DNA from: a virus
Taxonomy: Duplodnaviria; Caudoviricetes
Reading direction: 5' to 3' (one strand)
IMG/VR virus record: IMGVR_UViG_3300027804_000077
Location: 1 to 56,046 of that record
Length of the DNA stretch: 56,046 bases
The translations under genes and the position numbers were made by a program. Position 1 is the first letter of the stretch. Each line of letters begins with the position of its first letter. A model generated the notes under the pieces. That model ran no database searches, was not told the DNA's origin, and saw nothing but the letters and a program-made list of their open reading frames with translations. Below, piece by piece: positions 9,121 to 19,703 of this stretch.

Positions 9121-12100
9121 ACTCTTTAGCTCTCAGCTCTAAGAGTTCGCGTCGGTTCATTGGGTTGGCTATATACAACCCTTGGTCTACGGCACGTTCC
9201 TGCCTACGCCTAGCTTGATCCGACTGCATGATGGTTACAGGGAGGATTCGACGGTTGGGAAACTTACTGTTGAACTTATCAATATCTTCCTGAATATCAT
9301 CGGGGTCTTCGTCAGAAATACCCCGCCGCGCATAGACCGAACGCTTCAGCAGTTCTGTGCGCTCTTCTTCCCGTTCCTGTTCTAGCTTCTTAAGCTTAAA
9401 GTTCTCAGTTTGTTTCGCGGACACTTTGATTGGGGCGTACCCAATACTTTGCATGGCTATGTCCATCCAGTTCAAATCTTCTTGCGCTACAACCTCGTAG
9501 CCTTTTGGAGTCTTTACTCCTTCTTCGCTAAAGCGATACGCTTTCAGCGGTTGCCTGATGAACGCAGGCATCATGGTCTCGATAGCCCTCTCGGTTTGCC
9601 CTTCTTTGAACCTGTCGTACGCACGTTGGGCATTCTCAAACATACCGAAGCTTGGGCCGAGCAACCCTTTAAACTCCCAATCTTGGAAGAACAGATCGTT
9701 AAGTTTGACCCGCGAGTTAAAGTCTGCACCTGTTAGCCCAGTGACCGGACCCATAGCGACGTAGGTTGCTACATTTGCGCCAAAGTTTTCGGACAGCCAC
9801 TTCTTAAACCACAAATCAAATCCGTACTTGCGTATCTGGAAAGCTGCACTGTCTTCGTCATCGTCATCATCACCAAATGCACTTAACACCTTCTCGGCAA
9901 CGGTAGACATCACGGTGTACAACGGCATACCCGTCAGACCTGCAAACATACCCGTCATACCGAGCGTACCAAAGAAGCGCGTTGCAGCTTGCTTCCTAAT
10001 CGTAGGATCTGCGCCTTTGAACATTTGCAAGAAATTAGTCGTGAGATAGAACGCCGTGTTCTGTGAAAATTTCTTGAACTGGAATATGGTTCTGCCAACC
10101 GGCCCACGGAAGTATCTGGGTGTATCAAACATGGAGTAGTCGTACATCGCATCATGCGTCAGATCCAAAGCTTTTTTAGTAGCTTCATCATGCGACAAAC
10201 CTTGACTGCGTCCTAAGCGATAAGCAGCCATAGCCATCATCTCGCGGGGTAGTTGTTCCGTCATGGAGAACAACGTAGAGACAGCATCGGTTGCAGCCTG
10301 AACAGGCACTTTCAAAATGTTAGGGTTAGTAGCTTCCTGAGAAGGAGACTTGACGATATTGAGCAAGTCCATTGAGCGGTTGAATGAGAAAAGGTTGTCA
10401 GCCGCAAACTCATCGTAAGCCTTAATCTCATCAGCATTGGTCAACGCATTGCGTATGGAAGGCATAACATATTCAGTCTTACCATTAACCTTGCGTCGGA
10501 ACCCAACTTCCTTGTAGACATTCATAAACCGCACAAGCTCTTTGTGCACATCCTTTGCGCCACCAGGAGTCTTGCCATACTCAGCAAGCAGTGTGGGATA
10601 GCCAAACACAGGCAGCGAAGTCATGTTCGTCAGAGCAGACGAGATCGAACTCATATAGTAGAAGAAGTTAAGCGTCGATAGTCCGTTGGCTGCAAAGTTC
10701 AGGATAGAGTTTTCGTTCTTAGGATTAACAGCAGCGTCAAAGTCGCCTGCTACTTCTTCGATATAAGGACGGTACTTAGATGCGTCAGGGTCATCCTTGA
10801 TAGACTCTCTTGCTTCGTCAAGTGTGTTGACGATCTGGGGTTGGTACTCCATCTTGGCAAGTTGATTGGACATACGGAAACCCGCAGTGCCAAAGTTCCG
10901 TAGTGCATCTGCGCTAAAACCTGCTGTGTTTTTACGATGGATAAACTGTTTGCGGAAGCTTTTCTCTGGCAGCGTGAGCAGATACATCTGATAGATCTCG
11001 TCTTTGATCGATGCCTTATCAGTGTCGATGCCTAGCTTATCTACAGCAGCAAGAACTTCTTTTAGCTTCGTCGTATCAGCAAAGCTTTCTTCCATCATGT
11101 TCTTAAGCTGATCACCACGCTTGAGCGTACCGTCGGCGTACAAATCTTTCAGAGGCTTGCCCATCTCCTTAGCTCTACGGATGGCGAAGCGGTTGCGCTC
11201 TGAGGCAGACTCAAACATATAAAACTCCATGTCTTTGCCTTTGCCAACACGCAACCAGTTCTCTCCATATCTCATAAGAGGGAAGTAAGGCTTAGCAACT
11301 TTGTCCGACTCAAATTGTTTCTTGAGCAGATCCATGAACTTGGTTTTTTCCTCATCGGAGATCCCCATCATTTCAATGCGTTTATTCAAAAGATCTTTAT
11401 ACGTTTCATATTGCTTAGCGTAGTAATCACGTACATCGATATAAATCTTGCGCCCCGGTTCACCAAGCTTTTCCCATAGATCATCCAAGGTATCTGACTG
11501 CGGCGTAGATGCAAGACGATCTTTACCGGGGATGCTTGGGTCTATGCCGTTAACTGTAGAGAGGTGCATGATGGTGGCAAGCAACTGACTTTGTTCACGG
11601 TCGTTGCGTTGAAGCTTAAGCCACGGCTTCATAACATCTTTCATCTCATCGACATACTGCTGGCGCTTGGCGTTGAACTTCCGACCAAGATCGACCACAC
11701 GAGTAAGCGCAGGGATTTTGTCTTTAACAAGTTTTGCAAGTTGGCTAGGAGTAAATGCACCAAGAATATGTTTCCTAGCACCAGACATAGCACCTTCTGC
11801 AATAGCACCAGCAAGCTCTGCCTGACTAGATAGATCCATACCGTTAGCTATAGCTTGGTTCAGCGCAGATACAGATGGGCCTTGGCTACGAGGCGTATTG
11901 ATTACGTCGTTAGCATATTTGACTTGCACATCGGCAGCGGTCTGTACGTCTTTTTTCTGGGAGAGTATTTCTATTTTAGCCTGCGCGTCGGCAACGGAAG
12001 GCTCCAGTGACAAGAGCGTATCTGTTACTTCAATAAGGTTAGCAAGCGCAGACTCATCGTTTTTACTAAGCCCAAGTAGCTGTCTAATCGTAGCTACAAA

Positions 12101-15100
12101 AGTGCTCATGACGCTTTGCGTTTTGCCAAACTGCACTGTGCTTAAGAACTGCTGAAAGTCCCCATCAGTCATACCGTAGGTTAAAAACTCATACACATTG
12201 GTTAGAGCTTTACCTTTGGTGAACTTTTGATCTAAGCTCTTTACAAATTCTTTGTATGGATGACCATTAGGAAGCTTAGCCGCATCATCGGCTGCGTCCC
12301 GTGCAGCCGCCATTAACCGTACTAATTTACGATACGCAAGCGCCCTTGGGTCTGCGCTTCTAGGGTCAGCTTTTACAATCTGCTCACCTTCGTAGATTTT
12401 TACCGCAGTCCCTGCATGTAGTAGCTCGTGCAAAACAGTCTGGTTATTTACGCCTTGCCCTACCCCTGACAGACCGCTCCCTGCTACAACAATCATATCG
12501 TTAGTGGGTATGAACACCCCTCTAGCTTTTAGTTTCTTGAAATTATCAATAAGCCCTTGCTTAGACTTGTTAGAGACAATTACGAATTTTATATTCCCTA
12601 ACGCAGACACTAATTTTTGTGCCAAGGTGCGTTCAAACTTATTGCTCTTAGGATCTTTTGCAATAATCTGGGCAGCGTCTTTACCTGTCTTAGGCGCACC
12701 GGCTTCGATCTTTGGATTTAAGGCAGGGCTGGTTGACTGTAATTCCGTTTCTGAAATATCTGCCTGAGCAAGAGCACCAGGACCACCTTCTGGTTTTACG
12801 AACGTACGCTTCTTTACCTTAGTAGTAACGACAGGTGCAGGGCCAGTGGGAGCCTTGGGTGTGACTATGGGTTCTTCGCTAACAGCTTCTGTTTGCTCTA
12901 CAGGCTTAGTCTCTTCTTTACGGCGTTCAGCTCGCGCTATGATGCCCTTTTTAATATTGCTAGGACCACGCTCAAAATTACTCATAGCGAGATCACGGAT
13001 GCGAGTGTTTGCATACCTTGGATCAGTACCAAGGCGGTACAGCTCTTCCAAAACAGGGAGCACTCTCTTAGTTATATAGTCGTTAAGAGTTTCTGTTCTA
13101 GTTTCTGGATTACCAATGTTTGCAAACTGACCCTCAATACCTTTCATAAAAGTATCGTGGTACTGCTGCATGGAAGCTTTAGATTCGGGTCTTGGGCCAA
13201 GGAACAGATCCAACATCGTAGCCAAGCCGGGGCGGTCAGAACCTTTTAGCTTCTTAGTAGAAAGAATAATATTTTCAATTGCGTTAAGTTCCTCAGTACG
13301 CATCCCCGACTCAACAGCACGAGCTTCTTTTTCTTCCTCAGTCAGCTTAGGTTTCGGACCACGTTTAGGCGCAGGGCCAGTAGGCACAGCATCAGATCTA
13401 ACTTTTAGAAACGCATCTTTTAAGTTAGTGCCAAGAACTTCTTCCTCACCATTTACACGCCTAACCCACTTAGGCTTACGCCCTTCACCTACATTCGTAA
13501 TAGTAACGGTCTCTCCGTTTGAGAGCACAAGATCTTTTGTATTTTGGCCGTTTGTATTCTTGCCAGGATACTGATTAATAATTGTTACTTGAGGGGCTGC
13601 TGCTTTTGGTACACCGGCAGGTTTGGCTGCTGTGGCAAGTTTTGCCACTTTTGTTCCTTCAGCAGGCGCTGCTGCTCCTTCTTCTTTTGCTTGCTTGGTT
13701 TCAGTGGGCGTAGTGACACTGGGGATTTCCTTTGGGGGTTGAGTTTTTTCTTCTACTGCACCGGATGGTACTTCCTCTCCTCGTACAGTTGGTTCAGCAG
13801 GACGTGCAGGGCGTTCCACTCCACCGGCGACAGGTGGCTCAACTCCTCCGGTGGGTACTCCTCCGTCGGGTCGGCTAGGAATTGGAACGCTTTCTCCACC
13901 TCCTTGTTCGATAGCTTTAGCAGCATCTTCTGCCTCCTTTCCGGCTTCGGCTTGAATTTCTGCAAGTTCGGATAGAGCTTGGTCAGCCTCTTGGTCGTTT
14001 CGTTCCTCTTCCGCAGCCTGAGCAGCGGCTTTGATTTTGGCTTGATCAGGGGAATCTCCAGCAGCTATGTATTCGTCAGTAAGTTCATTAATCCTAGAAG
14101 TAAGCGCATCAACTTTAGTAGCAGCTTCCGCTACTTTTTGTTCTGGAGTTGCTTGCTCAGCTAACTTTTCTTGTGCTGCTTGAGTAGCAGCAGTTAATAC
14201 GTCACCAGCAGTAGCAGGTTCTTTAGCAAGCTCTTGCGTCCTAGCAGCAATGTCTTCTACATTTACCGCAGCGGCTTTCCCTTGAAGATCTTCTTTCTGC
14301 TTTGCTAGCTGCTCTGCATCAATCTTGGCTTGTGCTTCATCAATTGCAGAACGTTCTTCGGGAGTCTTTGCTTCCCTGCGTCGCTCAATGTATCGACCAG
14401 CAGGAGAAAGTGCGCCACCAAGAACAGCACCACCAATAAAACTTTCAACGTACTCTTTACGAGCATCAGCATCTGCAATGTTTAACCCAGCTTGTAGACG
14501 CTCTAAAAATTGTTGCCCTGTCTCAGTAGCACCTTCAACACCCGCAGCTTTGCCTGTAGCTAAAGAGTAATCAGCAAGTGTGCGACGGAACCCTTGCTCG
14601 GCAAAGTTCTTAGCTTGTTGTTCAGTGACTTCTTTACCAACAGACTTAAACAACCCACGCACTAGTGGGATAGCTTTCATACCAACAATATCTAGCGCAG
14701 TCTGTGGTATGGCAGCGGCAACGGCGCTACCTAAACTTGTTTGTTCAAGCCCCGCATTAGGATTAGTGCGCTTTACTTCGTCAAGCTGTCTCGCAAGATT
14801 AGTACCTGTGAACTGCGTAGCAGACACTAAACCAGTTGCGCCCAAAGTGGCTAATGTAGCGGCAGTACCCGTAACAGGAAGCGCAGCGGCACCCGCAGCC
14901 GCAGCAATAGGTGCAGCCATATAAGGTAATGAACCACCCAAAGTCTCTTTAAATTTTTGAAAAGGCGCTTCAGACCAACCCTTTTCAGTAGGTGTGAATA
15001 CCCTCTGGGCTTCTGCTTCGCGCTCTGCTTGATAACGCTCGGCTTCTTTAAGATCCATTAGTCCTGCTTTACCAGCAGCAAGCGCAAGCGATCCTTTGAG

Positions 15101-15361
15101 TGATTCATACCCTGCCTTAACAGCGGGGACAAACCCTTCCTTATCTTCAGGAGGAACTTCTAAGGGTACACCGTATTGTTTTTTGACAGCAGGAGCAGCA
15201 GTGCTTAACCCAAAACGCTGCCGTATGGCAGCTTTGGTAGCGTCATTAGCATCTACATAATTAGAATCCTGCGGAGCGTACTTATCAAAGATAGCTTTTT
15301 TTGTAGCAGGATTTGCGTTGATGTAGTTGGGGTCTTGCAGGATCTCCAGCAGTGTCGGCAT
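9119..15361 (-). CDS. Very large internal virion/ejection-type polyvalent protein (2080 aa) with zincin-like HExxH motif
   Basis: Last late gene; HELLH motif (~12416-12430) with downstream EF; Gly/Ala-rich hydrophobic N-terminal region; Pro/Glu/Lys linker; helical C-terminus. Confidence 0.75.
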   Translation of the reverse strand: MPTLLEILQDPNYINANPATKKAIFDKYAPQDSNYVDANDATKAAIRQRFGLSTAAPAVKKQYGVPLEVPPEDKEGFVPAVKAGYESLKGSLALAAGKAGLMDLKEAERYQAEREAEAQRVFTPTEKGWSEAPFQKFKETLGGSLPYMAAPIAAAAGAAALPVTGTAATLATLGATGLVSATQFTGTNLARQLDEVKRTNPNAGLEQTSLGSAVAAAIPQTALDIVGMKAIPLVRGLFKSVGKEVTEQQAKNFAEQGFRRTLADYSLATGKAAGVEGATETGQQFLERLQAGLNIADADARKEYVESFIGGAVLGGALSPAGRYIERRREAKTPEERSAIDEAQAKIDAEQLAKQKEDLQGKAAAVNVEDIAARTQELAKEPATAGDVLTAATQAAQEKLAEQATPEQKVAEAATKVDALTSRINELTDEYIAAGDSPDQAKIKAAAQAAEEERNDQEADQALSELAEIQAEAGKEAEDAAKAIEQGGGESVPIPSRPDGGVPTGGVEPPVAGGVERPARPAEPTVRGEEVPSGAVEEKTQPPKEIPSVTTPTETKQAKEEGAAAPAEGTKVAKLATAAKPAGVPKAAAPQVTIINQYPGKNTNGQNTKDLVLSNGETVTITNVGEGRKPKWVRRVNGEEEVLGTNLKDAFLKVRSDAVPTGPAPKRGPKPKLTEEEKEARAVESGMRTEELNAIENIILSTKKLKGSDRPGLATMLDLFLGPRPESKASMQQYHDTFMKGIEGQFANIGNPETRTETLNDYITKRVLPVLEELYRLGTDPRYANTRIRDLAMSNFERGPSNIKKGIIARAERRKEETKPVEQTEAVSEEPIVTPKAPTGPAPVVTTKVKKRTFVKPEGGPGALAQADISETELQSTSPALNPKIEAGAPKTGKDAAQIIAKDPKSNKFERTLAQKLVSALGNIKFVIVSNKSKQGLIDNFKKLKARGVFIPTNDMIVVAGSGLSGVGQGVNNQTVLHELLHAGTAVKIYEGEQIVKADPRSADPRALAYRKLVRLMAAARDAADDAAKLPNGHPYKEFVKSLDQKFTKGKALTNVYEFLTYGMTDGDFQQFLSTVQFGKTQSVMSTFVATIRQLLGLSKNDESALANLIEVTDTLLSLEPSVADAQAKIEILSQKKDVQTAADVQVKYANDVINTPRSQGPSVSALNQAIANGMDLSSQAELAGAIAEGAMSGARKHILGAFTPSQLAKLVKDKIPALTRVVDLGRKFNAKRQQYVDEMKDVMKPWLKLQRNDREQSQLLATIMHLSTVNGIDPSIPGKDRLASTPQSDTLDDLWEKLGEPGRKIYIDVRDYYAKQYETYKDLLNKRIEMMGISDEEKTKFMDLLKKQFESDKVAKPYFPLMRYGENWLRVGKGKDMEFYMFESASERNRFAIRRAKEMGKPLKDLYADGTLKRGDQLKNMMEESFADTTKLKEVLAAVDKLGIDTDKASIKDEIYQMYLLTLPEKSFRKQFIHRKNTAGFSADALRNFGTAGFRMSNQLAKMEYQPQIVNTLDEARESIKDDPDASKYRPYIEEVAGDFDAAVNPKNENSILNFAANGLSTLNFFYYMSSISSALTNMTSLPVFGYPTLLAEYGKTPGGAKDVHKELVRFMNVYKEVGFRRKVNGKTEYVMPSIRNALTNADEIKAYDEFAADNLFSFNRSMDLLNIVKSPSQEATNPNILKVPVQAATDAVSTLFSMTEQLPREMMAMAAYRLGRSQGLSHDEATKKALDLTHDAMYDYSMFDTPRYFRGPVGRTIFQFKKFSQNTAFYLTTNFLQMFKGADPTIRKQAATRFFGTLGMTGMFAGLTGMPLYTVMSTVAEKVLSAFGDDDDDEDSAAFQIRKYGFDLWFKKWLSENFGANVATYVAMGPVTGLTGADFNSRVKLNDLFFQDWEFKGLLGPSFGMFENAQRAYDRFKEGQTERAIETMMPAFIRQPLKAYRFSEEGVKTPKGYEVVAQEDLNWMDIAMQSIGYAPIKVSAKQTENFKLKKLEQEREEERTELLKRSVYARRGISDEDPDDIQEDIDKFNSKFPNRRILPVTIMQSDQARRRQERAVDQGLYIANPMNRRELLELRAKE

Positions 15362-15366
15362 GGCAA

Positions 15367-16986
15367 TTAGGGCTTACCTGAAAGAAGTGGATTTGATGTG
15401 TCTACAGCTCCAGCATCTGAAGACTTAGATGGTTTCATACCTTTAAAAACATCTTCCCCGTAGAACCTCTTAGCTCTTGCTATTTCCTCGTCAAAAAACA
15501 TCTCACGTATGTCAGCTTCAGTCAAGGTACGAGGGTTCTTAGGATCTTTAGCAGCAGCCTTGATAATTTTATTTATATCAGTGCTCTGCATACGCTTCTC
15601 TACGTTGTCTGTTATTTGATCAAACGTCGGTCTACCATCTGCACCCGCACCACTACGACCCCCACGAGCTTCAAGTAAATTCTTAGCAAATTCGTAGTTA
15701 GGATCTTTTGGATTAGTTGCCATACCGAGAAGTTGGTTATAGAAGTCTTTTGGTCGTAAGCTAGCTTCAAGCCTAACCATCTTCTCTTTGAATGCACGGT
15801 CACCAGCGCGGTAAGCTTCTTCAGATTTAAATTTCTCTCTTTCCAACGCCATTCTTTCCGCAGCTTCTTGTGCTATTCTAGCTTCGCTACGTTCTCCTCT
15901 TTCTGCTTCAGCGACAGATGTAAGCGCACGGATGCCTGTGTCTTCAACACCTTTTGCAACTTCAAATGCTTTAAGCTCTAGTGCCTGCTTATCTTGAATC
16001 AGTTTATCCGCAGCAGCACGTTGACCACGTTTCTCAGCAAGTTCAGCTTGAGCAGCTTTTTCTTCAGCTTCTGCAAGGTATTTAGCTGCTGCCATGTTAC
16101 GAGCTTGCTGTTCAGCACGAAGTTTCTGAGTGCCGGGGACCATAGCAGATAAAGTCTCACCGAGCGTACGCTTTGGACCCCCCGCTGCCATCGCGCCAAG
16201 ATAATCCATTAACTCAGGTTTTTGGCCCCGCAAAGCTTCAGCCATACGAGCTTCTCTACCAGACCTACCCTTCTCGTATTCTCCAAACTCCGCAGCCATT
16301 TCAGCAATACGTTGATCTCTAAGATCTTTTTGTTTAGCTTCCGAGAGCATAGTTTTATCACCACGCTCAGTAATACGGCGACGAGCAGCCATAATTTCTT
16401 GGAGGGGATCTAACTTACCTGTAGATGTACCTGTGGTTGAAGGAACTTCTTCTTCAACAGACTCGCTAATACGGTAAGGAGATTCCGCAGCATTTTCTGG
16501 GTCCATTTCGCCCCTATCGCCACCTTTTTTAAACCCAAGTACACCACCCCCACCGCTAAACACAATACCGCCATCCATCGCAGTAAACATATCAGGACGC
16601 ATCGGCAGTGTGGCAATACCTTGTTCGCGTCCAGCAAGATCCTGTTCTTTTTTAGCCATGAGTGCGCCAAGTAGACCAAGCTGTTGTTCTTTTTGTTGTA
16701 TCTGTTGCCCCATCGCAGCAAGCTGCTGAGCCTTTTGTTGCAACTCCATATCCTTCTGTTGAAAGATGGTTGGGCTGTTTGCAGGATTGTTTTGCATAGC
16801 TTGTTGGCGCTGAAAAGCTTGACGCTCGTTACCACGAGCCATCATCTCTTGCTGCGCCATCTGTGGCGTGACTTGTCCAGTGGGCTGTTGACCTCTAGCA
16901 TATTCCTGAAGTCTTTGGTCAGGAAACCGGACAGGGTTTTGTAGCGCAGCCTGTGTCTGAGGCGGGGAAAAAGGAATCTGTGCCAT
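15367..16986 (-). CDS. Internal virion protein (coiled coil, 539 aa)
   Basis: Gln/Ala/Glu-rich helical ORF in the ejection-protein cluster. Confidence 0.65.
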   Translation of the reverse strand: MAQIPFSPPQTQAALQNPVRFPDQRLQEYARGQQPTGQVTPQMAQQEMMARGNERQAFQRQQAMQNNPANSPTIFQQKDMELQQKAQQLAAMGQQIQQKEQQLGLLGALMAKKEQDLAGREQGIATLPMRPDMFTAMDGGIVFSGGGGVLGFKKGGDRGEMDPENAAESPYRISESVEEEVPSTTGTSTGKLDPLQEIMAARRRITERGDKTMLSEAKQKDLRDQRIAEMAAEFGEYEKGRSGREARMAEALRGQKPELMDYLGAMAAGGPKRTLGETLSAMVPGTQKLRAEQQARNMAAAKYLAEAEEKAAQAELAEKRGQRAAADKLIQDKQALELKAFEVAKGVEDTGIRALTSVAEAERGERSEARIAQEAAERMALEREKFKSEEAYRAGDRAFKEKMVRLEASLRPKDFYNQLLGMATNPKDPNYEFAKNLLEARGGRSGAGADGRPTFDQITDNVEKRMQSTDINKIIKAAAKDPKNPRTLTEADIREMFFDEEIARAKRFYGEDVFKGMKPSKSSDAGAVDTSNPLLSGKP

Positions 16987-16989
16987 GTT

Positions 16990-19701
16990 TTAACCCCCTA
17001 ACCCACCAAGAAGTTGCGCTAAGTAAACGGAAGAAATACCACCCGATAATGCCTGAGACATGGGGTCAATACCAGTAGGTGCTGCGTTATAAGGCAGTCC
17101 TTGCAGCATATTTCTCATAAACGTGAGATTTTCATACGGATACTTTTCACCGCGCAAGAACTCGTTATAGTCAAACTGCTGCTGTTGCTGCCCAAGATCC
17201 GCCATTTGTTTAAGCGTTGCCAGATCAAGATAACCTTGCTGTTGCCCAAGATTGCCAAGAGCACTACCCGCTTGAATACTAGTTTGCAAACCTTTAAGCC
17301 CAAGCTCAGAACCAAACTGTCGAGATTGTTCAGCCAATTTCTGGGCTTCAAGAGCACGCTGTTGTTCAGTATTAAACTGCCCAAGACCAGACTCGTAAGC
17401 TTTCTGTAACCCTTGACCTTGGATAGTGCCAATCTGATTTAGCAGATTGCGTTGTAACTCAGACTCCATCAACCCTTGCCGAGAACCACCAAAAGCACCT
17501 GCTTGCGCTGCTTTTGCGCCGATTGCCTGATTTGCTATTTCAGCTTGGCGCTTAGCCTCTTTAATAGCGGGATCAACTGCACCTTGCATAAAAGGTGACA
17601 TATAAGATGCTTGGACGTTGGTAATGTTCTGCCCACCATAAGTTGTGGGTTGCAGGTTAGGGTTAGTTGGTACAGGCATTGAGGGTACTGATTGTTGATT
17701 AGCACTTCCATCAAATTGCCCTGTTCCACCTACAAGTTTATTTAAACCCCCACCTAAACTACCTAAACCCCCACCCATACCACCCATACCACCCATACCT
17801 GTACCTACAGGTTGAATAGCCCAAGGATTTTTTTCATAAAAATCTTTAGTACCTCCAACAAAAAATTCTCCACCCATATCGCCCATACCACCGGCCATAT
17901 CTTGCATATTACGCATTTGGTTTTCTTGCTGGAGTTTGAAATCTCTTTGTGCTTGAGTTTCTCGCCCTCCTCGATACTGCATATCCCCTCGGTACATCAT
18001 ATCCCTAGAGTTGGGGTCGTAATTTTGAGAGTTAGAAGCAGAACCAAAGTATGGAAGCTCTTCAGTGAATATGTTGTAGTTACCAGACCGCGCAACGCCA
18101 GTAATTGGAGTGGAAAATTCTGCATTATTTAACATTCCCGCATCAACCCCACCACCATCAAAAAAACCGGGAGGTTTTAGAGCAGCTTGATTTTTTAAAT
18201 CTGCTGGAGAAAGTTGTGAAGCAAAATTAGGGTTAGCAAACGTACCTGTGGTAAACGAAGTAGGTTTATATTTCCCATAATCTAACGCACCAATACCAGC
18301 AGCTTGCGCTAAGTTTGAACCTTGTAGGAATTGCGCCGGAGTTGTTAAGTTGGCAATACCCGCACGAGCAGACTCAAGAAGGGGGGAGCTGCCTGTATAT
18401 TTCTGGAAAGGTACGTCGGCTTCAGCAGAAGCTCTTTCTAACATACGCTCAACATACGGTGCGTATGCGCCACGAAGTCCAGACTCACCAGAAATATCTA
18501 CGCCCGTACCTTTGCGGTCAGCACCCATATCGGTGCCGTAAGTAATTCCAGTACCGAAAGTTGACCCCGCAGCAGCTTTACGTGCAGCTTCTTGGGCTTG
18601 TGTAGCAGCATCAATTCCGGCTTTCTGGCGATCAGCGGCAGCTTTATCAGCAGCTTGTTGTTTTTGTAATTCAGTTTGCGCTGCTGTAGCTGTTTCTTGA
18701 CGCTGTTGCGCCAAGTCCATTAAATACTTCATGTCAGAAGTAGATTGCTGTTTACCCAACGCATCAGTAAACAAATTCCCAATTGCCGTAGGGTCGTAGC
18801 GTTTTAATAACTCGTTGTAAAAATCAGCTTTAGCGTTTGGGTCAGTGGACGTTGCCAAGCTTTGAACTTTGGCCGCATCGGTTAAATACCCCATATCCTT
18901 AGCAGTCTGAGTTTGTCCTGTAGCATCTTTAATAATATTTGCAGCGGTAGCTGCATCGTACCCCTGACTAATTAAGTTGTTGTATACCTTAGCTTTATCC
19001 TGCACAGTACCTGATGCCACGTCTTGTACATCCGAAGCGGCTGCAAGATATTTAAGGTCTTCTGCTTTTTGTCCGGGCGCAACAGTATTAATCAGATCAT
19101 TTAAAAATTGATTTGACTGAGTTGGGAAAAGTTCTTGTAGATCGTTATATAGCTCAGCCTTTTGCTGTACTGTAGCTTTTGGATCTTTAGTTAATTCTTG
19201 AACTTTAGCCGCACCCGTTAAATAATTCCAATCTGTATCCGTAACAGGTTTGCCCGTAACTTCGGCAATAGCGTTTTTAATTTGGGTGTCGCTGTAATTA
19301 TCATTTAGCTGGTTATATAAAGTTGCTTTGTCAGCAACAGATTGGCTCCCAGCAATATTTGATATTGCTTCTTCAAGAGCTTGTTTACCTTCATAGATAC
19401 CCGTGTTAGACGCTGCTTGATCTAAAAAATCGCTTAATCTATCTTTAGCTTCATACTGTTGCGCAACGCTATCGGATATTTGCTGCGCTTCTTGTACAGC
19501 GGCTTTTTGTTGTTCAGCAGTACCCTGCGACAAAATCCCTGGGCCTGTGGGTAATCCTGCATCAACAAGATCTTTAATATCACTTGCAGCTTCCCCCATT
19601 TTAGTGAGGTCATCTGCTGTAATACCTTTAGATATAAACCAAGCAAGTTTTTGCCCGCCTGTGTAATTTAACCAATCTGAGGGGAGTGCAGGGAATGCCA
19701 T
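16990..19701 (-). CDS. Internal virion/DNA pilot-like protein (903 aa) with tandem repeats
   Basis: YMSPF...AGAFGGSRQG and Gln-rich C-terminal half; four ~53-aa N-terminal repeats. Confidence 0.65.
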   Translation of the reverse strand: MAFPALPSDWLNYTGGQKLAWFISKGITADDLTKMGEAASDIKDLVDAGLPTGPGILSQGTAEQQKAAVQEAQQISDSVAQQYEAKDRLSDFLDQAASNTGIYEGKQALEEAISNIAGSQSVADKATLYNQLNDNYSDTQIKNAIAEVTGKPVTDTDWNYLTGAAKVQELTKDPKATVQQKAELYNDLQELFPTQSNQFLNDLINTVAPGQKAEDLKYLAAASDVQDVASGTVQDKAKVYNNLISQGYDAATAANIIKDATGQTQTAKDMGYLTDAAKVQSLATSTDPNAKADFYNELLKRYDPTAIGNLFTDALGKQQSTSDMKYLMDLAQQRQETATAAQTELQKQQAADKAAADRQKAGIDAATQAQEAARKAAAGSTFGTGITYGTDMGADRKGTGVDISGESGLRGAYAPYVERMLERASAEADVPFQKYTGSSPLLESARAGIANLTTPAQFLQGSNLAQAAGIGALDYGKYKPTSFTTGTFANPNFASQLSPADLKNQAALKPPGFFDGGGVDAGMLNNAEFSTPITGVARSGNYNIFTEELPYFGSASNSQNYDPNSRDMMYRGDMQYRGGRETQAQRDFKLQQENQMRNMQDMAGGMGDMGGEFFVGGTKDFYEKNPWAIQPVGTGMGGMGGMGGGLGSLGGGLNKLVGGTGQFDGSANQQSVPSMPVPTNPNLQPTTYGGQNITNVQASYMSPFMQGAVDPAIKEAKRQAEIANQAIGAKAAQAGAFGGSRQGLMESELQRNLLNQIGTIQGQGLQKAYESGLGQFNTEQQRALEAQKLAEQSRQFGSELGLKGLQTSIQAGSALGNLGQQQGYLDLATLKQMADLGQQQQQFDYNEFLRGEKYPYENLTFMRNMLQGLPYNAAPTGIDPMSQALSGGISSVYLAQLLGGLGG

Positions 19702-19703
19702 GA

